Below, one piece after another: positions 30,010 through 39,098 of a stretch of 43,444 nucleotides of DNA. The stretch spans positions 1-43,444 of the forward strand of contig JBMTVN010000003.1 of assembly GCA_049451415.1 (NCBI GenBank), read 5' to 3'. A program made the position numbers and the translations under genes. The notes under the pieces were generated by a model. The model was not told the origin of the DNA, did not search any database, and saw nothing but the letters and a program-made list of their open reading frames with translations. How positions within the stretch are numbered: position 1 is the first letter of the stretch; each line of letters begins with the position of its first letter. The DNA is from Limisphaerales bacterium (GTDB taxonomy: Bacteria; Verrucomicrobiota; Verrucomicrobiia; Limisphaerales; JAHDYP01).

Positions 30010-30129
30010 ATGATTAGTTTTAGCGACTTGTTGGTTGTGGTGTTTGCAGTCTCGATCGTCCTGACCTTTGTGGTGGTATCGAGGCGGTTCATTGAGCGTG
30101 CTGAGCAGACCGAGACCGCGGAGGATTAA
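30010..30129 (+). CDS. Putative 39-aa single-pass membrane microprotein (below the ORF-track cutoff)
   Basis: MISFSDLLVVVFAVSIVLTFVVVSRRFIERAEQTETAED*; 17-residue hydrophobic run followed by SRR; fills an intergenic gap. Confidence 0.5.
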   Translation: MISFSDLLVVVFAVSIVLTFVVVSRRFIERAEQTETAED

Positions 30130-30167
30130 TTCCTCCACCCTCGGTTCCTGCCTTGCTAGCCCCTCCC

Positions 30168-31151
30168 CTAGTTGTGGGTCGGGTGTTCTGACATCCCGGC
30201 CACCATCATACAGGCACAGGGCTGACTCGCGCTGGCTCGCAGGGATTCGAGCGTAGGCTTGGGTCCTCCCTTGGGATCCAGATTCTCCAGCAACTCCTCC
30301 TCACTGACGGCTGCCGATTCAACACCTTCCTTCGGGACATCCACTTTCGTGATCCACAACAGTGCATTGAGCACGGTTTTGCGGAAGGAGTCGTTCGCCC
30401 AGTTTTTGTGGAAATGGCCTCCCGTGAAGCCAAACCCCCTGCCCCCATCCTCACGCTCGACGGCCCACATCATGATTTCATCCCGGCCCTTGGCCTCAAC
30501 AATATGCGCATATGGACCCTGGGGATACACGTAGGGGCCGTCCCGTACGTCATCCGACGGTGCGGCCACCAGCAAGGGCACTACTCCTTCGTGGTTCGGC
30601 CGGAATCGCATGTTGAAATACCATTCGTCCTTGGCTGAGAACGGTTCGACGCCTCGAGTGACGGGATGCGCAGGCAGAGAGCTGAAAGTAGGGCTCCAGA
30701 TCGGATTACAGGAGAACTCGTGCTCGTAATGGCCCCCGATCCAGTCCCGGAACTCCTTGCCGCCCCGGTCTGCCGGCACTTCCACCGCAAAATGGGCGCA
30801 GCCCAAACCCACCCCCCGCTTCATCAGCTCCCCTAGAGCCGCAAGATTCTCCGGCCGAATCGCCGGATGTCCACCGCCGCCGTCCATGTAAAGGAAGACC
30901 GCATCCGCATCCTTGAACACATCATTGCTCTCAGGCCAGCCATTCGTGATCAGCGTCGTGCGTAGGCCCGGGACTCCTTGCAACCGTTTGTTGAGCAAAA
31001 TGGATCCCGCGTTGAATTCGTGCATCAGAGGCGGGTGACTGGGACGACCTGCAACGATAACGAGATGCCGGGCCTCTGAGGCTGCCTGAGCAGCGGACAC
31101 AGACAGTTGTGCGATTAAAGCTCCAACCAGAGACAAGGTTGTGAAATTCAT
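30168..31151 (-). CDS. Secreted ThuA-like (class I glutamine amidotransferase-like fold) protein
   Basis: Signal peptide; AG.PSH...HE, DGGGGHP, CAHFAVEV, DEWYF, RGFGFTGGH. Confidence 0.85.
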   Translation of the reverse strand: MNFTTLSLVGALIAQLSVSAAQAASEARHLVIVAGRPSHPPLMHEFNAGSILLNKRLQGVPGLRTTLITNGWPESNDVFKDADAVFLYMDGGGGHPAIRPENLAALGELMKRGVGLGCAHFAVEVPADRGGKEFRDWIGGHYEHEFSCNPIWSPTFSSLPAHPVTRGVEPFSAKDEWYFNMRFRPNHEGVVPLLVAAPSDDVRDGPYVYPQGPYAHIVEAKGRDEIMMWAVEREDGGRGFGFTGGHFHKNWANDSFRKTVLNALLWITKVDVPKEGVESAAVSEEELLENLDPKGGPKPTLESLRASASQPCACMMVAGMSEHPTHN

Positions 31152-31164
31152 AACCGGTTCGTAA

Positions 31165-32040
31165 TTAACCCTTTTTATCGAGATTAGCTTTCAGGTCCTC
31201 TTCGGAAACGGTGCTTAGTACCCCGTTTTCGGGGATTGGAACCTTGGCGATCCAAAGGACAGCATTGAGGACGACCTTACGAAAGTTATCGTTACCCCAG
31301 TTCTTGTGGAGATGTGCCCCCGTGAACCCAAAGCCCCGCCCTCCCTCAGGCCGGTCGTAGAGCCACATCACATGCTGGGCCTCTTTCCTCTCGAGAACCG
31401 CTTCCCGCACGTGGGGATTACCGCTGTGCGGGCCGTCCGGCCTTTCCAGCGTCGCTTCAGGCGGCAGGTCCGACAGGATTGGGGTGACTCCCTGCATCCC
31501 GGCTTGGAACCGCATGTGGTAATACCACTCGTCACGAATCTCAAAGGGCTGGACCCCCTGCGTGACCGGGTGTTTGGTCAAGGTGTTGAACCTGGCGGTC
31601 CACCAAGGGTTCACCGACCAAAAGGTCTCGAAATACCCCCCGAGCCATCGGAGCCACTGAGGTCCACCGTTCTCCTTCGGTATCTCCACCGCGTAGTGCA
31701 GGCAGCCGAAACCTGCACCCTCTGCCATGGCCTTTTCCAGCTGTTGCATCCGGTTGTCCTTGAGGGCCGGATGTCCGCCGCCACCATCGGAATAGATAAT
31801 GACGGCGGCAGCGCCTTCCAACGCGCTTGGATCGGTTGGCCAGCCGGTGTAGGCGATGACCTCAATACCGGGCGTCTGGCTGAGGCATTTTTGGATCAGT
31901 TTGCAGCCCGCATTGTGTTCGTGCTCACCCGGGCCATGACTGGCCGGACCGGCGATCAGCACAATCTTCTTGGGGGCCGCCTGCGCCAAACCCAGGGCGA
32001 AAAGCAGGCAAGCCACGGATAGAAACCACTTTGCTCTCAT
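31165..32040 (-). CDS. Secreted ThuA-like protein (paralog of the adjacent gene)
   Basis: Signal peptide AQA-A; AG..SH...HEH, DGGGGHP, CLHYAVEI, DEWYY, RGFGFTGAH. Confidence 0.85.
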   Translation of the reverse strand: MRAKWFLSVACLLFALGLAQAAPKKIVLIAGPASHGPGEHEHNAGCKLIQKCLSQTPGIEVIAYTGWPTDPSALEGAAAVIIYSDGGGGHPALKDNRMQQLEKAMAEGAGFGCLHYAVEIPKENGGPQWLRWLGGYFETFWSVNPWWTARFNTLTKHPVTQGVQPFEIRDEWYYHMRFQAGMQGVTPILSDLPPEATLERPDGPHSGNPHVREAVLERKEAQHVMWLYDRPEGGRGFGFTGAHLHKNWGNDNFRKVVLNAVLWIAKVPIPENGVLSTVSEEDLKANLDKKG

Positions 32041-32105
32041 GATTCTGATTCTCTCAGCTTTCGAAATTGAATCTTTGCCTCGGTTCGACGCCGCCCACTC
32101 GCCGG

Positions 32106-32831
32106 CTATTCGGCCGCCAGCGAACGAATTTTGATGTCCTTGAACTGAACCGTCATCGGAGGCCCGACGTGGATCTGCAATGCCAGAACACCCGACTTGG
32201 CAGCCTGCCCCGCTTGCTCATCCACCACGTCCACAGTTTGCAGACCATTGATAAAGTGCTGCAGGTGGTTCCCGTTGGCCACAATGCGGTAATGGTTCCA
32301 GTCCTCATGCTTGATCGCCGCCTGGATCGCGTCAGAGGATCCCACGGATCCAACGACATCAACCTTGGTCTTCCCGTCGTCTCCCTCACGAATGACGGTT
32401 TTCTGACCCCGCTGGGCAAGGATGCCGCGACCTCTTTCCTCGTAAAGAATCCCAGAATAGGTGGTCCCTGCCTCGAAATCGGCCTGGTAACCGCCAACGA
32501 TCGGGCCGAAATCGCCCTGGCTCATCACCTTGCTGCGGTATTGGATGCCTGAGTTGCCATTCACTATCCGGTAGGACAGCGTCAGCTCAAAGTCGGTCAA
32601 TACCGCGTCCTCACAGACCAGAAAGGTGTTGTGAGTCAGCTTCTTGTCCGCCGACGTGACACCGGTGATGGCCCCGTCTTGAACGGACCACAACGCGGGG
32701 TTGCCCGTCCATCCGGTCAGGTCCTTGCCGTTGAACAGACTCCGCCAGCCATCGGCTGATTGGGTGGTGGAGCAGGAAACCAACAACGCGGCAGTCGACA
32801 GACTGATCGCGAGAGAGGTGAACTTTTTCAT
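32106..32831 (-). CDS. DUF1080 (3-keto-disaccharide hydrolase-like) lipoprotein
   Basis: Lipobox LLVSC; SLFNGKDLTGW, W.V.DG.I, NSGIQYR, GYQ.D, WN.Y.I, G..ALQ.H, FKDI.I. Confidence 0.9.
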   Translation of the reverse strand: MKKFTSLAISLSTAALLVSCSTTQSADGWRSLFNGKDLTGWTGNPALWSVQDGAITGVTSADKKLTHNTFLVCEDAVLTDFELTLSYRIVNGNSGIQYRSKVMSQGDFGPIVGGYQADFEAGTTYSGILYEERGRGILAQRGQKTVIREGDDGKTKVDVVGSVGSSDAIQAAIKHEDWNHYRIVANGNHLQHFINGLQTVDVVDEQAGQAAKSGVLALQIHVGPPMTVQFKDIKIRSLAAE

Positions 32832-33673
32832 GCCAGTGTCTTCTTCAAAAATGCCAGGCCTTTAACCGCGATTTCGTTGCGTGTCGGTTCCATCTTGCGC
32901 CAGATCGCCGCCGCATCCGCAATGATCTTCACGTCCCGTGTGAAGGACTCGATCACCACATCCCCATCGTATCCCACTTTCTTCAGTGCCGCGGCAATGG
33001 GAGCCCAGTCAATATGATCGTTTCCAGGTGTGCCCCGGTCGCTGCCGCAGGCATGGAGATGTCCCAGATGCTTGCCTACCTTCAGGATGGCCGCCGCCTG
33101 GTTCTTTTCCTCAATGTTCATGTGGAAGGTGTCCAGATGGATCTTCAACGCCGGACTCCGCACGCTTTTCACCATCTTCAACGCCTGGTCTGCAGTATTG
33201 ATGAAGTCGGTCTCGAAACGGTTTAACGGTTCCAGACAGATCTGTTTGCCGCGTTTTTGCGCATAGTCACAGACCGTCTTGAGGTTCTTCACCACCAGAT
33301 CCCATTGACGCTTGTATTCCGCAGCCTCTGCTCCCCCCTTGCGTCCCACGACCGAATACACCGGACCAATCAAGGACGGGCAGTCCAGCACCACCATGTG
33401 GTCAATCAAGGCCTTGATGTATTTCAGTGAAGTCTTCTGGTCCTTGGCGTTACCCCGGAGGTCACGACCCGGTCCAAACGCCCCGCACACTGAGCCACAC
33501 ACCAATCCGTGCTTGTCCAGCTGTGCCTTCACGTAGGCCGGATCGATGTCCTCCGGATCGTTAATGGCAATCTCGACACTGTCGAAACCCCATTTCTTGA
33601 AGGTTTTAAACCATTTCGTGCTCTCATTGTTAAATGGGCACGTGAATAGAAAGGTATTGATGCCAAATCTCAT
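32828..33673 (-). CDS. Sugar isomerase/epimerase (D-psicose/D-tagatose 3-epimerase-like TIM barrel)
   Basis: EPLNRFET, HLDTFHMNIEE, H.H...RG.PG..HIDW, VIESF. Confidence 0.9.
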   Translation of the reverse strand: MRFGINTFLFTCPFNNESTKWFKTFKKWGFDSVEIAINDPEDIDPAYVKAQLDKHGLVCGSVCGAFGPGRDLRGNAKDQKTSLKYIKALIDHMVVLDCPSLIGPVYSVVGRKGGAEAAEYKRQWDLVVKNLKTVCDYAQKRGKQICLEPLNRFETDFINTADQALKMVKSVRSPALKIHLDTFHMNIEEKNQAAAILKVGKHLGHLHACGSDRGTPGNDHIDWAPIAAALKKVGYDGDVVIESFTRDVKIIADAAAIWRKMEPTRNEIAVKGLAFLKKTLA

Positions 33674-33692
33674 GTGAAGGGAATTTTGGGCG

Positions 33693-33720
33693 AGGCTAGT
33701 CCATCGGTCAGGGGTGTCAA
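33693..33720 (-). promoter_or_regulatory. Putative promoter TTGACA-N16-TAGCCT for the epimerase-DUF1080-ThuA operon
   Basis: Perfect -35 and TAnnnT -10 on the minus strand, 20 bp upstream of the ATG. Confidence 0.5.
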
Positions 33721-33919
33721 ATCTATCTTCGCTAAGGTCCCCCTGTGAAGCCCTCTATCCCCCATCTACTCATCCCCAATTCCACCTAAAACCATGGGTC
33801 CCCTCCCCTCCCCATACGTTTCCCGATCCCTGCTCGCGCACTCCAAATCGCCCACCTCCATTGACCTTCGCCACCCCCCCGATCCCCGAAACCGGCCTCC
33901 TAAGGCGCCACTTCCCTCC

Positions 33920-35821
33920 CTAGCCAACCTGCCCGGAAGATCCTCCGTCCTCCCACGCCCCTCGCTTCATCCACACCGTTACCAAGGCAATATCCGCCGG
34001 AGTAATACCTGATATTCGAGACGCTTGCCCTATGGTTCTCGGCCGAATCGCCTCCAGCTTCACGCGTGCTTCAGTCCGCAAACCCCGGAGGTTCAAGTAA
34101 TCCATTGAATCCGGTATGAGCTTCTCCTCCAACGATTTAAGCCGATCCACCTCCGCTTGCTGACGTTGTACATACCCCGCATACTTCACCGCAAACTCCA
34201 CTTGCCGGATGACTTCAGGTGACAACTCCTCCCGACGCTCCGCCAGATCGCCGTAGGTCACTTCGGTTCTACGAAGCTGTTCCTCTAGAGTATGCTGACC
34301 AATCCTCGTGGTCTTGAGGCGCTTCAGCTCCTCTTCGACCTGAGCCCGCTTCTCGCAGAACTGCCGATAAGCGCTTCCCTTGAGGAGGCCAACCTCATGA
34401 CCCAAATCGCTGAGCCGGAAGTCCGCGTTGTCCTGACGTAACAACAGGCGATACTCCGCTCGTGAAGTGAACATGCGGTAGGGTTCGGTGGTGCCCTTGG
34501 TCACCAGATCATCAATCAGAACGCCGATGTAAGCCTGATCCCGACGTAACACGATCGCCTCCCTGCCCTGCAGACGGCGCACGGCATTCATTCCCGCCAT
34601 CAATCCTTGGGCCGCCGCTTCCTCGTAACCCGAGGTCCCGTTGATTTGTCCGGCTAGAAAGAGATGGCTGATCTGCTTGGTCTCCAGCGAAGGCTGGAGC
34701 TGGGTGGGGTGCACAAAATCATACTCCACCGCGTAGGCCGGCCGCATGATCTCCGCATTCTCGCAACCCCGAATCGTCCTGACCATCTGGACCTGCACTT
34801 CATAAGGCAGCGACGTGGAGAATCCATTCACGTAAATCTCCTCCGTGTGTATCCCCTCGGGCTCCAGAAAGATCTGATGGCTCTCTTTGTCGGCAAAACG
34901 GACGATTTTATCCTCAATGGAAGGACAATACCTCGGCCCAATCCCGCTGATGATACCCGAATACATCGGGGATTTATCCAGGTTGGCCCGAATGAGTTCG
35001 GCGGTGGCCTCAGTGGTGGTGGTCAAATGGCAGGGCAACTGCCCCCCGAGGGCACTGAGTACTGACCCCGTAGGATACTTCGACTCCCCTCCCCCTCCTG
35101 ATTGTTCCACGTGGAACAACTCCTCCTTCCAGTAACTGAAATAGGGAACCGGCTCATCGCCAGGCTGGGTTTCGGTCTGCGAAAAATCGATGGAAGACTT
35201 GAGCAGACGTGGTGGAGTGCCCGTTTTCATCCTGCCCAGCTCAAAGCCAAGCGACTTCAAGCTGCCCGAGATACCGGTAGCGGCTTGCTCCCCTGCCCTG
35301 CCTCCCTCCTGTCGGTTCAGGCCAATATGCATGAGCCCGCGAAGGAAGGTCCCAGTGGTCAGGATCACGGATTTGCCGAGATAAGCGACCTCGAGCTGCG
35401 TGGTCACCCCGATCACTTGATCCCCCTCCACCAATAATCCGGCACCCTGAGCCTGCTTGATATCGAGATTCTGCTGCCTCTCGCAGATCCACTTCATCCT
35501 GAACTGATAGGCCTTTTTGTCGCATTGAGCTCGGGGAGCCCAAACAGACGGCCCTTTCCGCGTATTCAGCATCCGGAACTGCAATCCCGTCAAATCCGTC
35601 GCCTTGGCCATTTCCCCGCCTAAGGCGTCAATCTCCCGCACAAGATGCCCTTTCGCGAGCCCGCCTATGGCGGGATTACAGGACATCTGGCCGATGGTAT
35701 CGAGATTCATGGAGAGCAAGAGGGTTTGTGCTCCCATGCGGGCTGCGGCGAGGGCGGCTTCGACGCCGGCGTGTCCAGCGCCGACGACAATGACATCATA
35801 CTGTTTCGGGTAGTGATACAT
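33920..35821 (-). CDS. mnmG: tRNA uridine 5-carboxymethylaminomethyl modification enzyme MnmG/GidA
   Basis: [65 protein letters not shown]; ATG 35821 preferred. Confidence 0.97.
   Translation of the reverse strand: MYHYPKQYDVIVVGAGHAGVEAALAAARMGAQTLLLSMNLDTIGQMSCNPAIGGLAKGHLVREIDALGGEMAKATDLTGLQFRMLNTRKGPSVWAPRAQCDKKAYQFRMKWICERQQNLDIKQAQGAGLLVEGDQVIGVTTQLEVAYLGKSVILTTGTFLRGLMHIGLNRQEGGRAGEQAATGISGSLKSLGFELGRMKTGTPPRLLKSSIDFSQTETQPGDEPVPYFSYWKEELFHVEQSGGGGESKYPTGSVLSALGGQLPCHLTTTTEATAELIRANLDKSPMYSGIISGIGPRYCPSIEDKIVRFADKESHQIFLEPEGIHTEEIYVNGFSTSLPYEVQVQMVRTIRGCENAEIMRPAYAVEYDFVHPTQLQPSLETKQISHLFLAGQINGTSGYEEAAAQGLMAGMNAVRRLQGREAIVLRRDQAYIGVLIDDLVTKGTTEPYRMFTSRAEYRLLLRQDNADFRLSDLGHEVGLLKGSAYRQFCEKRAQVEEELKRLKTTRIGQHTLEEQLRRTEVTYGDLAERREELSPEVIRQVEFAVKYAGYVQRQQAEVDRLKSLEEKLIPDSMDYLNLRGLRTEARVKLEAIRPRTIGQASRISGITPADIALVTVWMKRGAWEDGGSSGQVG
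35103..35118. promoter_or_regulatory. parS: parS centromere-like site (ParB binding) inside mnmG
   Basis: TGTTCCACGTGGAACA, a perfect 16-bp parS palindrome that extends to 18 bp. Confidence 0.85.
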
Positions 35822-36176
35822 GGGCTGTTGGCCAGCGGTTGGAGGCTTAGCGTTGCTGGATGGATCTGGCAATACTTTCTGCTGGGTTTAGGGCAACGCG
35901 CTTATTGGAGTGTTGGTAGGCACGTAGCGATAACGATATAGCTGAGACAATAGTGCAAGCCACGATTATTTCATGCCCCAATAACGATATCGTTTTGTAA
36001 TGTCGCTAATCTGGCATCTCTGTTTTATCAATGTCTCTGCTGATAGGAGGGGGGATAGATGTGGGATGAGGCCAGAAGGGGAGGGGCTGGGCTTGCGGAA
36101 GGGGTTTAGGTCCGATAAACAGCGGGGGTTCCGGGAGAAGCCGGGACGTGCGGTTGGTTTGAGAGGAGCAGGAGCG

Positions 36177-37010
36177 ATGCGACAATATCTAGATTTACTA
36201 CAGGGGATCATGACGCGTGGGGTAGAGCGCGGTGATCGCACGGGTACTGGCACGAGAAGCGTGTTCGGAGTGCAGCTCCGGTTCGACTTGATGGAAGGTT
36301 TTCCGCTGGTGACGACGCGGAAGGTGTTTTTCAAGGGCGTGATTCATGAATTGCTCTGGTTTTTGTCGGGAGACACGAACATCCGGCATTTGAATGAGCA
36401 TAACGTGCATATTTGGGATGCTTGGGCTGATGAGCAGGGGGATTTAGGGCCGGTGTATGGGGCGCAGTGGAGGGCCTGGCCGGGGCCGAATGGACAGAAG
36501 ATTGACCAGATCAGCCAAGTCATTGACCAGATCAGGAACAAACCGGACTCGCGTCGGCACATCGTCAGTGCCTGGAATCCTGCGGTCTTGCCGGATGAGA
36601 GCATTAGCCCGCAGGCGAATGTGGGGCAGGGCAGGGCGGCGCTGGCATCGTGCCACACCATGTTTCAGTTCTACGTGGCGGGGGGACGGTTGTCCTGCAT
36701 GCTGTATCAGCGCTCGGCGGATTGTCCGGTGGGGGTGGTCTTCAACATCGCGCAGTATGCCCTACTGACCCACATGGTGGCGCAGCAATGTGATTTGGGA
36801 GTGGGGGATTTCATTTGGACCGGGGGAGATTGCCACATCTATTCCAACCAGCTGGAGGCGGTGGCGGAGCAATTGAAGCGTGAGCCACGCGCCATGCCGA
36901 AGTTGGTGATCCACCGGAAGCCCGCCTCGATTTTCGAATACCGGTTTGAGGATTTTGAGGTGACGGGGTATGACCCGCATCCACCGATCAAATACCCTGT
37001 AGCGGTCTAG
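36177..37010 (+). CDS. thyA: Thymidylate synthase
   Basis: DRTGTGT, ELLWFL.G.TN, LGPVYG.QWR, SRR.IVSAWN, CH..FQFYV, YQRSAD, GDCHIY.N; AGGAG RBS. Confidence 0.96.
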   Translation: MRQYLDLLQGIMTRGVERGDRTGTGTRSVFGVQLRFDLMEGFPLVTTRKVFFKGVIHELLWFLSGDTNIRHLNEHNVHIWDAWADEQGDLGPVYGAQWRAWPGPNGQKIDQISQVIDQIRNKPDSRRHIVSAWNPAVLPDESISPQANVGQGRAALASCHTMFQFYVAGGRLSCMLYQRSADCPVGVVFNIAQYALLTHMVAQQCDLGVGDFIWTGGDCHIYSNQLEAVAEQLKREPRAMPKLVIHRKPASIFEYRFEDFEVTGYDPHPPIKYPVAV

Positions 37011-37029
37011 TGATCCGGGCGGAGGACAG

Positions 37030-37512
37030 ATGAACTACTTAAAGGGCATAGCGGCGATGTCGGAAAACCGGGTGATCGGGCAGGGGAACCGTATACCCTG
37101 GCATCTGCCCGAGGACTTCCGCTGGTTCAAACAGACTACCATGGGGCATGTGCTGCTGATGGGGCGCAAGACCTTTGAATCCATTGGGCGGCCCTTGCCC
37201 GGACGCGAGACCTGGGTCTTGAGCCGGTCAGGATGGAAATATCCCGGTGTGCGGGTCCTGACCCGACTGGAGGAGCTTCAGCTGGAAGAGCAGGGGAGGG
37301 AGATCTTTGTTTGCGGAGGTGCCGAGATTTACCGCCAAACACTGGGATTCTGTCGGGACCTGTATCTGACCCGGGTGAGGCGCGTGGTGGAGGGGGATGC
37401 GTTCTTCCCGGAGTTCGAGCCGGATTTTGAGTGGGTAGCAGATCTGATGGAGACGGAGGATTTCGTCATCAGCCATTACCAGAACCGCAATCCACGCACG
37501 CCGGGTGGATGA
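37030..37512 (+). CDS. folA: Dihydrofolate reductase
   Basis: AAMSENRVIG....IPWHLPED, MGRKTFESI.RPLPGR, GGAEIY, GDAFFP. Confidence 0.96.
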   Translation: MNYLKGIAAMSENRVIGQGNRIPWHLPEDFRWFKQTTMGHVLLMGRKTFESIGRPLPGRETWVLSRSGWKYPGVRVLTRLEELQLEEQGREIFVCGGAEIYRQTLGFCRDLYLTRVRRVVEGDAFFPEFEPDFEWVADLMETEDFVISHYQNRNPRTPGG

Positions 37513-37523
37513 GAGAAGGGTCT

Positions 37524-39098
37524 ATGTCGCAGATGCTGAAATCCTCGGGTGCGATGGGGCTGGCCACATTGATCAGTCGCATGCTGGGGTTGGTGCGCGA
37601 GCAGGTCTATGCGGCGTTCATGGGAACGAGTGCGGTGGCGGGCGCGTTTCAGATGGCGTTTACCGTCCCCAACCTGTTTCGTCGGCTGTTGGGGGAGGGG
37701 GCCTTGACCGCGGCGTTCATTCCCATTTTCAAGGCGAAGGAAAAGACCGAGGGCGAGCAGGAGATGTGGCGGTCGGCCAACGTGGTGATTTCCGGCTTGG
37801 TGGTTTCAGCCGCCGCAGTCGTGGGACTCGTGCTGTTGGGAATCACGCTGGTGTTGTCGTGGTCGACCCTGCCGGAGTCGACCCAGCTTATGCTCCGTCT
37901 GTTGCAGGTCATGTTTCCCTACATGCTGTTGGTTTGTCTGGCAGCAGTTCTGATGGGGATGCTGAACGCGAGGGGTTACTTTTTTATTCCGGCCTTCGGG
38001 GCGGCAATGCTGAACGTGGTAATGATCGGGAGCGTGCTGTGGCTGGCGCCGCGCATGGGGGAGGAGTTGGAAGAGCAGATATTCGGACTGGCGGTCGGGG
38101 TGCTGGTGGCAGGTGTGGCGCAGGCGGGGTTTCAGGTGCCTGCATTGTGGCGACAAGGATTCCGCTTTCGCTGGGTGCGACCGTGGGGTGATCCAACCTT
38201 GATGGAGGTGGTGAAAAAGATGCTGCCAGCCTCGGTGGGGGTTGCGGCCTTCCAGATCAATGTCCTGGTGACGCAAAGCCTGGCCTTCGGCGTGCATGCT
38301 CCGATTGTGGCTGCGTTTAACTATGCGGTGAGGTTGATGGAGTTCCCGCAGGGACTGTTCGGGATCTCGCTGGCGACCTACATGTTGCCAACGCTATCAG
38401 GATTGGCAGCAGAGAAGGACTACGACCGTTTCCGTGCGACCTTGCGAGAGGGGTTGTCGTATCTCGTGTTCCTGAACCTGCTGGCCTCCGCGATGCTGAT
38501 GGCACTGGCAGCACCGGTGGTGCGGCTCTTGTTTGAATACGGACGGTTCGGGCCTTCATCGACTGCAGCAGTGGCTGTTGCCCTGGGCTGCCTGGCTCCT
38601 GGCCTGGTGGCGTTCTCGTCCGTGAACATCGTGGCGCGGGCTTTCTATGCGGTGGGTGACACCACGACCCCCATGCGAGTCAGCGTGTTCTGTCTGGCGG
38701 TCAATATCCTGCTGACCGCAATGTTCCTGCTGGCGCTGGATCTGGGAGCAGCAGGACTCGCGGTCGCCAACTCCATGACCTCGTACCTCAACCTGGCGCT
38801 GCTGCTCTATGCGTTGCGCAGAAAACTCGCGCATCTGGGTCTCGCCCCATTGGGACGGACTTTGCTACCGTCCCTCGGCGCCGCAGTTCTGGCGGGTCTT
38901 TGCGCCTGGGGCTTGGCGAGCTGGCTGGAGCAGCGCATGGGACATGCAGGGATCGGTGTGAGGATGCTGCAGGTGTTCGCGCCGTTAATCGTGGCCGGGT
39001 TGGCCTACGGTGTGTTGTGTTATTGGGCCGGAGTACCGGCCGTGAAGGAAATCTGGAGCACCTTTGCCGGCAGGCTGGGACGGAATGAGAAACGATGA
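37524..39098 (+). CDS. murJ: Lipid II flippase MurJ (MviN)
   Basis: SR.LGLVRE, AF.VPNLFRRLLGEGAL.AAF.P, YA.RLMEFPQG, RAFYA..DT.TP. Confidence 0.95.
   Translation: MSQMLKSSGAMGLATLISRMLGLVREQVYAAFMGTSAVAGAFQMAFTVPNLFRRLLGEGALTAAFIPIFKAKEKTEGEQEMWRSANVVISGLVVSAAAVVGLVLLGITLVLSWSTLPESTQLMLRLLQVMFPYMLLVCLAAVLMGMLNARGYFFIPAFGAAMLNVVMIGSVLWLAPRMGEELEEQIFGLAVGVLVAGVAQAGFQVPALWRQGFRFRWVRPWGDPTLMEVVKKMLPASVGVAAFQINVLVTQSLAFGVHAPIVAAFNYAVRLMEFPQGLFGISLATYMLPTLSGLAAEKDYDRFRATLREGLSYLVFLNLLASAMLMALAAPVVRLLFEYGRFGPSSTAAVAVALGCLAPGLVAFSSVNIVARAFYAVGDTTTPMRVSVFCLAVNILLTAMFLLALDLGAAGLAVANSMTSYLNLALLLYALRRKLAHLGLAPLGRTLLPSLGAAVLAGLCAWGLASWLEQRMGHAGIGVRMLQVFAPLIVAGLAYGVLCYWAGVPAVKEIWSTFAGRLGRNEKR

Noticed and set aside
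29941-30138. 65-aa minus-strand ORF
   Set aside because: No recognisable features; the + strand 39-aa TM ORF explains the sequence better
32075-32105. GGTTCGA T-loop-like motif suggesting a tRNA
   Set aside because: No cloverleaf, and the intergenic gap is too short
35920-36001. Possible dif (XerCD) site at ATAA-CGATAT
   Set aside because: No TTATGTTAAA-like XerD arm after the 6-bp spacer in either copy
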